The notes beneath the pieces were generated by a model. The model saw only the letters and a program-made list of their open reading frames with translations, was not told the DNA's origin and ran no database searches. This document shows, in pieces, positions 28,102 through 37,140 of a stretch of DNA of 49,213 nucleotides. The DNA lies in IMG/VR virus record IMGVR_UViG_3300012090_000181. The stretch is one strand, 5' to 3'. This DNA is from a virus. The stretch's first letter is position 1. Each line of letters begins with the position of its first letter. A program made the translations under genes and the position numbers.

Positions 28102-28578
28102 TCAATCGGACACTCGCCGACAGGCGTTGACGTAGATCCGCTCGGCCTGACGATAGCGATCGGCGGGCAAGACCTCACGCATCTCCGCCAGAAACTGATC
28201 CGGATCGGAGGCTTTGCGCAGTGGCAGCTCGCGCAAGAACTTGTCGATGCCGGCTTCGGCCTGTTCGTATTCCGGACTTCCTGGTGAAAGCATCTCCAAT
28301 ACGCCGCCGGCGACCTCCTCCAACGGGACGTTCCGCAGTTGGATAGCGGCTGTAAGCAGCTCGGATAAGCTCAGTTCCTCTTCGACCGACCGTAAGGAGC
28401 GGCCAAGCACTCTGGACAATGTCTCCTGATCGACTTCAAGCAGCACCGCAGCCTGATCCGAGGTAATCATCGGTTTTGGCGTCGCTTCTCTCTCCATCAA
28501 CAGATCATACAGTCCTTGCCTTGTCCTCGATCGGATTCTCTGTGCGGGCTCAGGTGCTTCGTCAGCCTGCAAGCTCAC
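28102..28578 (-). CDS. Hypothetical protein with possible HTH
   Basis: ITSDQAAVLLEVDQETLSRVL; overlaps the upstream ORF end. Confidence 0.65.
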   Translation of the reverse strand: MSLQADEAPEPAQRIRSRTRQGLYDLLMEREATPKPMITSDQAAVLLEVDQETLSRVLGRSLRSVEEELSLSELLTAAIQLRNVPLEEVAGGVLEMLSPGSPEYEQAEAGIDKFLRELPLRKASDPDQFLAEMREVLPADRYRQAERIYVNACRRVSD

Positions 28579-29233
28579 GCATCTGTTTCAACAACTCCGA
28601 CGGCCCTGTCCTGAGGCGCAGGCAAGCAGTCTGCAGCGCCATATCGAAAGCCTCTTGGTCTTTGAGCGCCCGTAGATAAAGCAGCCGACGCAAGGCCCGT
28701 TGCCGGTAGTCGATCGTGGTCGCGACACCGAACACTGTCAACGCGGCCGCCGCCTGAGGATCATCGATTCCTGATGGGATCAACCGATCGAAAACCTGCA
28801 AGGCAGCTGCTGCGAACCGATGCTGAAGCTGCTCATGCTCGGTCATAGAAGTCGGCAAGCATAGACTGCCATCCTCGGCCATGAAAGTGCCTCTTGCCTC
28901 TATTTCCGCATGTAGCTCATCGAGCATCTGGTCCATATCTGGATCGCCGATGACCTCGATCGCCTCCAGATACTCCGGACCGAATACGCTGATGCCTTGT
29001 GGTGGGCGTATGGTGATCGGCTTGTCGAAATGCTCGATCTCGATGGCGTCGATCTTTGTCGTCCGGTAGTCACCGAGCTGCTCGATGTTTTCCCAGCCCT
29101 CGGCGATGACCACCCGCATCGGGGCGACCTCTACCGCCGCCCAGGCAAATCGGAGTGCGTCCTCCCCGCCTTGAAGATATAGATCTATCCCGACAGCAGT
29201 GCACGCTTCCTGATCACGATTTGCTTCGCCCAT
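28562..29233 (-). CDS. Hypothetical protein
   Basis: 223-aa ORF; TAGATT 6 nt before ATG. Confidence 0.7.
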   Translation of the reverse strand: MGEANRDQEACTAVGIDLYLQGGEDALRFAWAAVEVAPMRVVIAEGWENIEQLGDYRTTKIDAIEIEHFDKPITIRPPQGISVFGPEYLEAIEVIGDPDMDQMLDELHAEIEARGTFMAEDGSLCLPTSMTEHEQLQHRFAAAALQVFDRLIPSGIDDPQAAAALTVFGVATTIDYRQRALRRLLYLRALKDQEAFDMALQTACLRLRTGPSELLKQMRELAG

Positions 29234-29269
29234 ACGAAAAATCTACGGCAGCAGCGCCAGCTGGGCGGC

Positions 29270-29860
29270 TCAACGCGAGCTGTTCATGCGGACGTAAGCA
29301 TGAACATGCCGATGGCGCCCGAGATGGACCAGAAAATGGTCTTCGACTACATCGTTGACCTGGCAACTGTACTGATACCAGCAGGGAATATCCAGATGCT
29401 GCTCCAGGAACCCGACGACATCGTGGTTGATCGTCAGCAGCCTGTTCGGCTCGCGCCGTTCTTTCTTCACCTGGCATTGCACCTGGTCATCGACACGATG
29501 CAGCTCGGTCGGACGGAGAACATCTCCATTCTCGATCTCCTTGGCCAGGATCTTGTTCTGACGCGCGAAAGCAGAGTCGGGTGCCGACATCGGGAAGAGG
29601 CTCTCGTCGCCGATGATCTCCTGCGGCAATGAACGATTGCGCACAGCCCAGAACAAGGTCCCACTCCAGCCATCTTGATCCAGGCAATAATGATCGCCAT
29701 GTGGAAACAGCGTCGACAGCATGACCGGCTCCAGACAATCATGCAGCGCGGCATAGGAATGATCTCCTGGGGTCTTCGGAAATGATCCATAGAGGATCTG
29801 ATCCACTGATGCATTCAGGCCGATATTCTGTGCACCTCCTTGATCACTGATGCCGGTCAT
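29270..29860 (-). CDS. ILYG-tagged protein, 'GxxxWAV' family
   Basis: ...ASVDQILYGSF; GWSGTLFWAVR; HDVVGFLEQHL; TAACAT 6 nt before ATG. Confidence 0.75.
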   Translation of the reverse strand: MTGISDQGGAQNIGLNASVDQILYGSFPKTPGDHSYAALHDCLEPVMLSTLFPHGDHYCLDQDGWSGTLFWAVRNRSLPQEIIGDESLFPMSAPDSAFARQNKILAKEIENGDVLRPTELHRVDDQVQCQVKKERREPNRLLTINHDVVGFLEQHLDIPCWYQYSCQVNDVVEDHFLVHLGRHRHVHAYVRMNSSR

Positions 29861-30029
29861 CCATCCATGTTAGCAGGTCCCGGAGCCGGCTTTTCGCTGT
29901 TATCGCCGGCTACGGTAATCCGACTGCAGATCGTCAGCTCTGGTCAGCCAGTACGATGGCCAATAGAAGAACCGATGACTGATGATCTGCTTCTGAAGCT
30001 TGAAAGAGGAAAGCCCGCCGCCAAAACAA

Positions 30030-30749
30030 CTAGATCGCTTTAGATCTTGCCTTAGCTGCCGTCTTGCCTTCGGCCAACTTATTGAAGACAAGGAAATACG
30101 AATGATTCTTTCGAGCGTGTACTTGCTTTTTCAATCGGCTGACTCCCGGCGCGTTCTGCCGGACCACGACGAAGAGGTCCCTCGTGTAGAAACCCATCTG
30201 CTCATAGGCATTGATCAGCTCGACATGCGTAAGACACTGACGGTTTGCACTGACTTCGTCCTGGCATTTGACGATGAAGGTTCCGCCCTCTCGTAATACT
30301 CGTCGGGCCTCCGTTCCCGCACTTAGATACAGATCGATAACCGCAGCATGCCATTTCGGCCCTGACTGAGTACTTTCCTCATTAGAATAAAATGACCTGA
30401 ACGCTTTATGGGTGCCGGAGCCCGCCATCTCAGCGGTGTTCTTACGGAATAATCCTTCCATATAAGGCGGGTCAAGAACCACACTGTCTATACTGCAATC
30501 GTCGTAGGGCAGATCTCGACAATCCACGCCAGTAGCAATATCTGTAGCTAGGAGTTTGTAATCGGTGTCGCTGATGTTCCTCCAAAAGACACCGGACCCG
30601 TAAGTAACATCCGCAACCGTGGAGCCTTTAGGCACATGTAGTCCCAAAACTTGGGGGAAAATCTCAGCGTTTCCAGCTATAGACGCAGACAAGACGAGAT
30701 CTGTGGTCGGCTTTCCTCCCTGCGTTCTTTTCACCTTTTGCGCGGCCAT
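30030..30749 (-). CDS. Orphan amino (N4/N6) DNA methyltransferase-like protein
   Basis: [15 protein letters not shown]-binding loop; VVLDPPY; [18 protein letters not shown]; lower GC. Confidence 0.85.
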   Translation of the reverse strand: MAAQKVKRTQGGKPTTDLVLSASIAGNAEIFPQVLGLHVPKGSTVADVTYGSGVFWRNISDTDYKLLATDIATGVDCRDLPYDDCSIDSVVLDPPYMEGLFRKNTAEMAGSGTHKAFRSFYSNEESTQSGPKWHAAVIDLYLSAGTEARRVLREGGTFIVKCQDEVSANRQCLTHVELINAYEQMGFYTRDLFVVVRQNAPGVSRLKKQVHARKNHSYFLVFNKLAEGKTAAKARSKAI

Positions 30750-30816
30750 TTATGAGATACTGTCAAAGGGGTATAGGTGGCTCAGGCTTTTATCTTGTGT
30801 TGCGCTCCGCTGATGA

Positions 30817-30850
30817 TTACCCGTATAAAACCGTTACCCGTATAAGACCG
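30817..30850 (+). repeat. 17-bp tandem direct repeat upstream of the orphan MTase
   Basis: TTACCCGTATAAAACCG / TTACCCGTATAAGACCG. Confidence 0.8.
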
Positions 30851-30868
30851 TCAGATCGCCGGCTTTCT

Positions 30869-31519
30869 TCAGTATTCGATGAAGTCGAAGCGGACGTATC
30901 CCAGCAGGTTTCCATCATCCAGCTTGAGTAGAAAGCCATTCGCTGCTTTCTCCTCGGTCATCAGCACCTTGAACTCTCCTCGGCCTTGCAACGTCTGCTC
31001 GATGAAAGCCACCTGGTCGAGATTGGCCATACCCAGATCAGCCCCGGAAACCTGGACCCGCAGGCGCGGATAGAACCCATGAGCATCCTGATGCCGATAG
31101 ATATGCGCGTCGGCCAACGCCGGCAGCGATCCATCGGAAGGCTGAAACATCAGGGCAGCATGAACCCTGGTGAGCTCTTGCGTATACAACGCGAGCGGGT
31201 CGAGTTTGCGTATCGCTCCGAGGATCTCGGCCGGCCTCGGTGCTGCATCGGTCACAGCATCAACACGCGCTTCCGGATGTGACAGCGCTTCTGCCAGGCT
31301 TTCGGCCCGGACCGCCCAGCCGCTGGTGCCGACAAAACCACCTGGCTGCTGCCAGTAGTAATCAGCATGCTTGAAAAGCTGCGAGTAGGCGATCTCATCC
31401 GGGAACCAATCCGGCCACAGAGGAGACACGCTTACTGCCCCTGAACGAGCGTGATCGCCATAGAGGATGCTGTCACTGTTCGCATTCCTCGGCTTCGCCA
31501 TTTCAACTCCTTCGGGCAT
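30869..31519 (-). CDS. ILYG-tagged protein, 'GxxxWAV' family
   Basis: ...NANSDSILYG; GFVGTSGWAVR; LDQVAFIEQTL; NLLGYV; TATGCT 6 nt before ATG 31519 (31501 alternative). Confidence 0.75.
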   Translation of the reverse strand: MPEGVEMAKPRNANSDSILYGDHARSGAVSVSPLWPDWFPDEIAYSQLFKHADYYWQQPGGFVGTSGWAVRAESLAEALSHPEARVDAVTDAAPRPAEILGAIRKLDPLALYTQELTRVHAALMFQPSDGSLPALADAHIYRHQDAHGFYPRLRVQVSGADLGMANLDQVAFIEQTLQGRGEFKVLMTEEKAANGFLLKLDDGNLLGYVRFDFIEY

Positions 31520-31568
31520 GCGCGCAGCATAGCAGCTGCTTGCCGAAGATCGCGCTTCAACGGGAACA

Positions 31569-32162
31569 TCAGAGCAACCAACCACTGGTGTAACCGATCA
31601 GATTCTTGTTCTTCTCGTCCCAATAGATCAGGAACTGGATAAGGTCATTGTCCGATTCCCAGTCTTCCTCGCCGGGAAGGAGCATCCAGCTACCGGGCCA
31701 AGCGGCATTCTGTTCGATGAAGGCCATCTGATCCGTACTTGCCTCGCGAACCACGCCGCTGCCGCTGAAATAACACTTCCGGTCATCATGCTCGATATGG
31801 GTATGAGCCTCGACTCGGACCAGAGTGTCCTCTCCGACGGTCTCTACCCTCCGCTTGACGTTCTCGACCATCTGCGCATAACCTTTATTATGCCCTGGCC
31901 CCAGCTCCCGATAGCCGCCAGGAGTGGTGCGTAATCCGCCGAGATCACCGAACTGCGACGGGCCGAACCAGACGGCCCATTCATTGGCACCGATGAAGTC
32001 ATGGTAATCTACCCAATAGCAGGCATCGCCGGCGATCAGGCGAGAACACTCGACCGGATGATCTCGTAAGATGCCCGCCAGCGCCTCCGGCTGTGCCGGC
32101 CGAATACCGGCGTTGCCATAAAGGATACGATCTCCGTCTGCTCCACGACCAGGCATGGACAT
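31569..32162 (-). CDS. ILYG-tagged protein, 'GxxxWAV' family
   Basis: MSMPGRGADGDRILYG; DFIGANEWAVW; TDQMAFIEQNA; NLIGYT. Confidence 0.75.
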   Translation of the reverse strand: MSMPGRGADGDRILYGNAGIRPAQPEALAGILRDHPVECSRLIAGDACYWVDYHDFIGANEWAVWFGPSQFGDLGGLRTTPGGYRELGPGHNKGYAQMVENVKRRVETVGEDTLVRVEAHTHIEHDDRKCYFSGSGVVREASTDQMAFIEQNAAWPGSWMLLPGEEDWESDNDLIQFLIYWDEKNKNLIGYTSGWLL

Positions 32163-32234
32163 ATCCTATCATGGTCTTGTGTGGCCATGGCGTCTCTGCT
32201 ATCATCTGCAGAACAGCAGAAATCTTCACCGGAA

Positions 32235-32462
32235 ATGACCATGCCATCGGAACACAACGTAGAAACTCAACGCTTGGAGCTTGAGCAGTTGATCGAGATC
32301 GAAGAAGCACTGGCCTGCGAGGCCGTTCTTGCCGATCAGCCGACCGATGTGCTGCTGGAGATGTATCGCTACTACGTCTCTGATCAGCTTCCATATGGGG
32401 AGCGTGATCTATCGGTTGGCATCCGCCGTGTCTTGACCTCCCGCCAGGTCGATGTATCCTGA
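32235..32462 (+). CDS. Small hypothetical protein
   Basis: Acidic helical ORF; start uncertain. Confidence 0.5.
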   Translation: MTMPSEHNVETQRLELEQLIEIEEALACEAVLADQPTDVLLEMYRYYVSDQLPYGERDLSVGIRRVLTSRQVDVS

Positions 32463-32524
32463 CGGCAGCCCAGGCAGAAAGCAGATTTCCATGCTCGCCG
32501 GCGATCGGCCTGTATCTTGTCTGT

Positions 32525-32806
32525 ATGTTGCGGAAGATCAAGAGCCTGACCGGAGTTGTGCCTGCCGATGCTCCTGGCGGCTCTCTCGGTGATGTCAATA
32601 TGCAGGCGCGGGCAGCGGACCTGTCGACGCGCCTCAAACAAGCCCATGAGCTGAAGCCGGCCGAGATGGAACAGGAAGCAACCTCTTCCGGGCTGCCGCT
32701 GCTGTATCAGGCCGACCTGGACGAGCATCGGCGGCATCCGGTCGTGGCCGATCGGCTACGAAGAGTGCAGCAGATCAGTATCCGCAGACAATACCGGCGC
32801 TTGTAA
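32525..32806 (+). CDS. Small hypothetical protein
   Basis: TATCTT 6 nt before ATG. Confidence 0.5.
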   Translation: MLRKIKSLTGVVPADAPGGSLGDVNMQARAADLSTRLKQAHELKPAEMEQEATSSGLPLLYQADLDEHRRHPVVADRLRRVQQISIRRQYRRL

Positions 32807-32827
32807 TCCTTGCCGACAACAGTATCT

Positions 32828-33481
32828 TCATCCGACGGTAGCTGCTGAGCCGGCAGCGTGTGCACCCAGCCATCCGATCAAAGCGGCCGGATCGAGCTCG
32901 CCGGCAGCCAGGCCGTGCTCGTCAAGATCTTCGAGAAACCCCTGACCACACTCCTCGATCAACTCCGGCTTGATCTTACCGGCGCTGATCAGCCTCCAGA
33001 TCGGATCAGCGGCCGGCAGGGCCGGATGGCCGTCGAAGACGATACTGCACCAGGCCCGCCTGGCCATGATCGTCGCCACCAGGTCTTGCTCGGTGCTGTC
33101 CAACGGCAGGCGAAGATGATCAAGTGCCCAGAGCCAGGCCTGGCCCTCGCAGCGAAACTCTTCCGGGGCACCATGTGTAGCCGCAGAGGCATGGTGAAGA
33201 TGCAGATGGCCGAGCTCATGCAGAGCGATCAGCTCGCTGAACGGAAGCTCCAGCGGAGCAAGATGGAGCTTGGCCCGCTGGGCAAACTGCGGCTTGGCCG
33301 GCGAGGCCGAACAGCTCCAGACGTCGAAGTCGCGGGTATGGATGAAAATATCGGCATCGACGGCAGATGCCAGATGATGGATATGCTGCTCGGCTGCTGA
33401 GCCGGGTCTGGTCAGGCGAAAGATCCCGGCTTCGTCCAGGGTCATTCCATGTTGAGCTTGTGTTTGTTGGCTCTCAGCCAT
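32828..33481 (-). CDS. HExxH zinc metallopeptidase-like protein (ImmA/IrrE-like)
   Basis: IALHELGHLHLHH...CEGQAWLWA; TAAACT 6 nt before ATG. Confidence 0.7.
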   Translation of the reverse strand: MAESQQTQAQHGMTLDEAGIFRLTRPGSAAEQHIHHLASAVDADIFIHTRDFDVWSCSASPAKPQFAQRAKLHLAPLELPFSELIALHELGHLHLHHASAATHGAPEEFRCEGQAWLWALDHLRLPLDSTEQDLVATIMARRAWCSIVFDGHPALPAADPIWRLISAGKIKPELIEECGQGFLEDLDEHGLAAGELDPAALIGWLGAHAAGSAATVG

Positions 33482-33600
33482 CTTGGAAGTTTAGCAGGTG
33501 AGGCGATGATTTCAGTCCCAGCCTAGATGAACATTCCTACCGGCCCAGACTTGTGTTTCCACATTAGAGCTGCTATACTGTCTCTCACCAAGGAGAACCC

Positions 33601-34056
33601 ATGTCTTATTGCATTGAACAATCTGGCCCTGGAGCAGCTTCTTATCCCGAGCGTGCAGGCACCGAGAAAAATCTGCGTGACATCTTCGCAGCCGTCGGGA
33701 TCGACCTGGACGAGGCTACGCTGTCAGCTGCCTTCACCGAGGCTGACAAGCATGGCCATGCCGAGATCAGCATCTCGACCGACTGGAACGTACGATCGAC
33801 GATAAAGGTTTCCCGCGACCCGGCCCTGAGCGAGGACAGCGGGTATAGCCTGGTGCATGGCCCAGGTGTCCATTCCGGCCTCAGTCGAAAGCAGGTCGAA
33901 AAGGAAGTGGCTCGTATCTTCGACGGGAACGGTGTCGTTCTGGAGGATGCCGAATTCAGTGATCTCTTCGACAGACTTCGGACCACCGAGGAGACGGTGC
34001 TGACGCGGACTGTAAAGCTTCCGGTCCGCGAGACGGTGATCCTCAGGAAAGATTGA
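33601..34056 (+). CDS. Hypothetical protein with two internally similar halves
   Basis: AAGGAG SD, TATACT promoter; SYCIEQSGPG...IF / GYSLVHGPG...IF repeat. Confidence 0.78.
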   Translation: MSYCIEQSGPGAASYPERAGTEKNLRDIFAAVGIDLDEATLSAAFTEADKHGHAEISISTDWNVRSTIKVSRDPALSEDSGYSLVHGPGVHSGLSRKQVEKEVARIFDGNGVVLEDAEFSDLFDRLRTTEETVLTRTVKLPVRETVILRKD

Positions 34057-34120
34057 GTGCCTTTCTCCCGGCGCTCATAGCCTCGCCATGCGCTGAGACT
34101 TCCTGCCGTATGATCTGAAG

Positions 34121-34669
34121 GTGAGTGAGGATCATACATCTGCTGATGACAAGCCGGTGGAAACGGAGCTGCCAGCCGATGAGCAGCGTGAAACTGCTGT
34201 CGAGGCATTGAAAACCCGGTTACAGGACAAGCTGATCAGCTTTCCGGATGATCCGCCCAGGTTCGTCCCGACCGAGACCGAATACGAGCATGACGGTAAG
34301 AACCGGGTTCGCTACTGGATGCAGCCGAGTGAGTTCGGGGCCTACGTCCATTATCGGGATTATCGACAGAAGGTACATCAGTTGCTCCATCCTATTGGCC
34401 TGGCAGCCCATGCCTGGGATGGCCATGATGGCGAAGGTGATGATCTGGAGACCTGGCGGGTCAATATCGAGCATGATCTATTTGATCCGGATGGTGATTT
34501 TGTCGTCGTCCTCGCGGTCGATTACTCCGAGGAAGTGGGGGCCAAATCAGTTCTTGCCCTGGCAACCCCGACCCCGGAGCAGGCCCGGGAGATGGCGGAT
34601 GCCTTGCGGGTCTATGCCGATATGGCCGAGAGACAGAACCGACAACGCCAAGATGAGAATGAGAGCTGA
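34121..34669 (+). CDS. Hypothetical protein
   Basis: 182-aa ORF; TATGAT 6 nt before GTG. Confidence 0.72.
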   Translation: MSEDHTSADDKPVETELPADEQRETAVEALKTRLQDKLISFPDDPPRFVPTETEYEHDGKNRVRYWMQPSEFGAYVHYRDYRQKVHQLLHPIGLAAHAWDGHDGEGDDLETWRVNIEHDLFDPDGDFVVVLAVDYSEEVGAKSVLALATPTPEQAREMADALRVYADMAERQNRQRQDENES

Positions 34670-34671
34670 TC

Positions 34672-35541
34672 TTGACCGGTGGCTTGCAACCCGAGCGATC
34701 TGAGCCGGGAGGCGCATCGGCCGACACTTCTCGCCCCAGCGTCTCGGTCTGGATCGGACTTGTCGCTGTCGTCACCTACTTATCGCTCCTGTTCATCTTC
34801 TCCAAGATCGGCGCAGTGCATTATGATGCCTTGTCCTCGTCGGAACACGATGTCTTCTGGGGCCTGATCTTTCCGGTCGGATCGACCGTGATCTGCATGA
34901 TCGTCCTGACCAGCTACCTGCGCCTTTGGCGGCCGGTGCTGTTTGAGACCCGCTCATCCGACACCAAGGGCTGGGGCGCGATAATCGTGTTCGTGGCAGC
35001 CGCTACCGTGACCCTGGTCGGTGGGAATCTCGGGGCCTGGCCTCCGGCGACGATCATCATGCTGGTGATCGGCACCTGCCTGGTCGGCTTCGGCGAGGAG
35101 CTGACGACCAGAGGGTTGCTTTTGACGGCCTTGCGCCGCCGATACGCCGAGATATGGGTCTGGCTGATCTCCACCGGAGCCTTCGCGGTGATGCATTCGG
35201 TCAACCTACTCAGCGGGCAATCGCCGGGAAAGACCTTGGCCCAGGTCGCTGGCACCTTCTGTCTCGGCTCGGTGCTCTATGTCTCCCGGCGGGTCAGCGG
35301 GACACTGTTCGTACCGATGGCCTTGCATGCCTTCTGGGATTTCTCGGTGTTCATCAACCGAGGCCCGACTGTCGGTGGAGCCGCAGCCGCTTCGCCATTG
35401 GCTTCAGGCTTGGTCTTCGCCGCCGTCACCCTGGCGGCATTGTTCATCATCCAGCTGGGTTCCGGACAGCATCAGCCGAGGCTGGAGGCACCCGATGCAT
35501 ATCTGCCCGAGGAGAGCCTGATCACCGAGACCGGAGCCTGA
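34672..35541 (+). CDS. CPBP-family (CAAX/Abi) intramembrane glutamic endopeptidase
   Basis: GFGEELTTRGLL, FAVMH, ALHAFWD; multiple TM helices. Confidence 0.9.
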   Translation: MTGGLQPERSEPGGASADTSRPSVSVWIGLVAVVTYLSLLFIFSKIGAVHYDALSSSEHDVFWGLIFPVGSTVICMIVLTSYLRLWRPVLFETRSSDTKGWGAIIVFVAAATVTLVGGNLGAWPPATIIMLVIGTCLVGFGEELTTRGLLLTALRRRYAEIWVWLISTGAFAVMHSVNLLSGQSPGKTLAQVAGTFCLGSVLYVSRRVSGTLFVPMALHAFWDFSVFINRGPTVGGAAAASPLASGLVFAAVTLAALFIIQLGSGQHQPRLEAPDAYLPEESLITETGA

Positions 35542-35556
35542 GATCGCCTTTAGGGC

Positions 35557-36153
35557 TCAAGGCCCAGCGATCTTACAGAGGAGAAAAGAAGCATCGTATT
35601 CTCCAGGGCCGAGCAGCCGCAGTGAAGCGGGCGCGACCACCTTATAGGTGGCAGCGGTCTCGGTCAGCAAGATCGCCGCCGAGTTCAGATAGCTGTTGGC
35701 CAGTAGGGATCGGGCCGACAGATCGACACCTGGAATGTACCGCCGCAGTGCGTCATCTGCCCATTCGTGACCACGATCCCAGTCGAGCACCCCGTCATCA
35801 CCGACATAGATACCGGCATCGGACAGGCAAAGAAGATCAGCAAGCAGTGGGTGATCGGAGACGTCGGCCAGCCAGACATCGTAGGCGGCATCAGAGAGAC
35901 TGCGGAAAGAAAGTGCTGCGGAGCAACCAGGCAGATCGCTCAGGAAGATCGTCGGAAGGGGATAATGATCGTTGAAGTGATCATCGGGGCTGAAGCTTTC
36001 GGGATGATGATTGCCAGGAACCAGCCCTTCTGCCTTGATCTGATCGCGGAGTTCTGCCGGGGCCAGATGATACATCTGCCGCTGTTCGTAATAGGCCGCT
36101 CCGGTAAAGGCAGCAGCGGAAGGTGCCTTCGGTTGTCGGTGTTCGGACGGCAC
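35557..36153 (-). CDS. Putative ADP-ribosyltransferase-fold protein (Tpt1/KptA-like motifs)
   Basis: MYHLAP...IKAEGLVPG, IFLSD, VWLADV, terminal VAPASLRL match the ART-fold pattern. Confidence 0.55.
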   Translation of the reverse strand: MPSEHRQPKAPSAAAFTGAAYYEQRQMYHLAPAELRDQIKAEGLVPGNHHPESFSPDDHFNDHYPLPTIFLSDLPGCSAALSFRSLSDAAYDVWLADVSDHPLLADLLCLSDAGIYVGDDGVLDWDRGHEWADDALRRYIPGVDLSARSLLANSYLNSAAILLTETAATYKVVAPASLRLLGPGEYDASFLLCKIAGP

Positions 36154-36162
36154 TCGGCTATC

Positions 36163-36336
36163 TCAACGGACGGCGTTGGCCAAGGTCATCTGGCCGCTGG
36201 TGTCGACCTCGACAGCGCAGACACCGGCTTCGCAGCAAGGGGCGGCTTCCTCTACCTGGCCGCCAGGGCTGATATGTTTCCATCCGGCTGAGGTCAGAGC
36301 GACCGGGCGCAGGTGATGACAGACGAAAATTTTCAT
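36163..36336 (-). CDS. Small Cys/His-containing hypothetical protein
   Basis: TATCAT 6 nt before ATG 36336 (MKIFVCHH...). Confidence 0.5.
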   Translation of the reverse strand: MKIFVCHHLRPVALTSAGWKHISPGGQVEEAAPCCEAGVCAVEVDTSGQMTLANAVR

Positions 36337-36430
36337 GTCTTGATGATAGCAGAGGCGCGGGCGGCGGTCAAGTACCGACCACCCGGAATTTTGGGTTGAC
36401 TTCTTGCCGGGATGCGCTAATATGTGCGCC

Positions 36431-36760
36431 ATGGAACTGAGCAAGAATTTCGGAAAGATGCCCTGGCAGCGCAAACGCTATCTGGTCGAGGGTGACGCGG
36501 ACGGAGTATATGCCGGCCTCAGCTACGCCTTCCGCAGCCTGCCCAAGGCGCAACAGGCGCTCAAGGATCGCTGCGTCGACTGCGTGCTTGAAAATCAGCA
36601 GCTGGCTCTGATCGGACAGGCGAATCAGCCGTCGATCTGGCACCTGCGCGATCTGGAGACGGACACGATCCTGAAAAGCTTCGAAGCCGGTGCCTACAAG
36701 CCGGTTTCGGCCGAGCGCGCGGTTCGCAACCTGGCCCGAGCGGTCGGTTACCGGGTCTGA
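36431..36760 (+). CDS. Hypothetical protein
   Basis: GC3-rich ORF; TTGACT/TAATAT promoter-like elements upstream. Confidence 0.7.
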   Translation: MELSKNFGKMPWQRKRYLVEGDADGVYAGLSYAFRSLPKAQQALKDRCVDCVLENQQLALIGQANQPSIWHLRDLETDTILKSFEAGAYKPVSAERAVRNLARAVGYRV

Positions 36761-36798
36761 GATTGACGTCGGATAACCTATCTGTTAGGATGGAGACC

Positions 36799-37140
36799 AT
36801 GAGCTTCAATCGTGAAAATATCGTCTGGCCGAGCAAAGACGGAAGCTGGAATCGAGGCTTCTTCACTTTCTACAACACCAGCTCCGGTGAGGACCACGAT
36901 CCGGAGTGGGACGTGGACTATGACTGGAACAGCTTCTGGTGGGTCAGTACCGGGCACGCTACCGAAGACGAGGCTCATGCGGCCTGGGACGGGGCCAATC
37001 CTGGCGGTTGTCAGCTGGTTCATGCCTACGCCGACGATCCGGAGTGGTGCGATCAGTTGGACAAGATGGCCGCTGATCTGCAAGAGTACCAGCGGCAGCG
37101 CAAGAAAGAAAACTGGCCGGTCGGCCGCACCCTCTACTGA
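36799..37140 (+). CDS. Trp/Asp-rich hypothetical protein (paralog of 38249..38620)
   Basis: MSFNRENIVWPSKDGSWNR...EWDVDYD...AWDGANPGG...LDKMAA. Confidence 0.82.
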   Translation: MSFNRENIVWPSKDGSWNRGFFTFYNTSSGEDHDPEWDVDYDWNSFWWVSTGHATEDEAHAAWDGANPGGCQLVHAYADDPEWCDQLDKMAADLQEYQRQRKKENWPVGRTLY

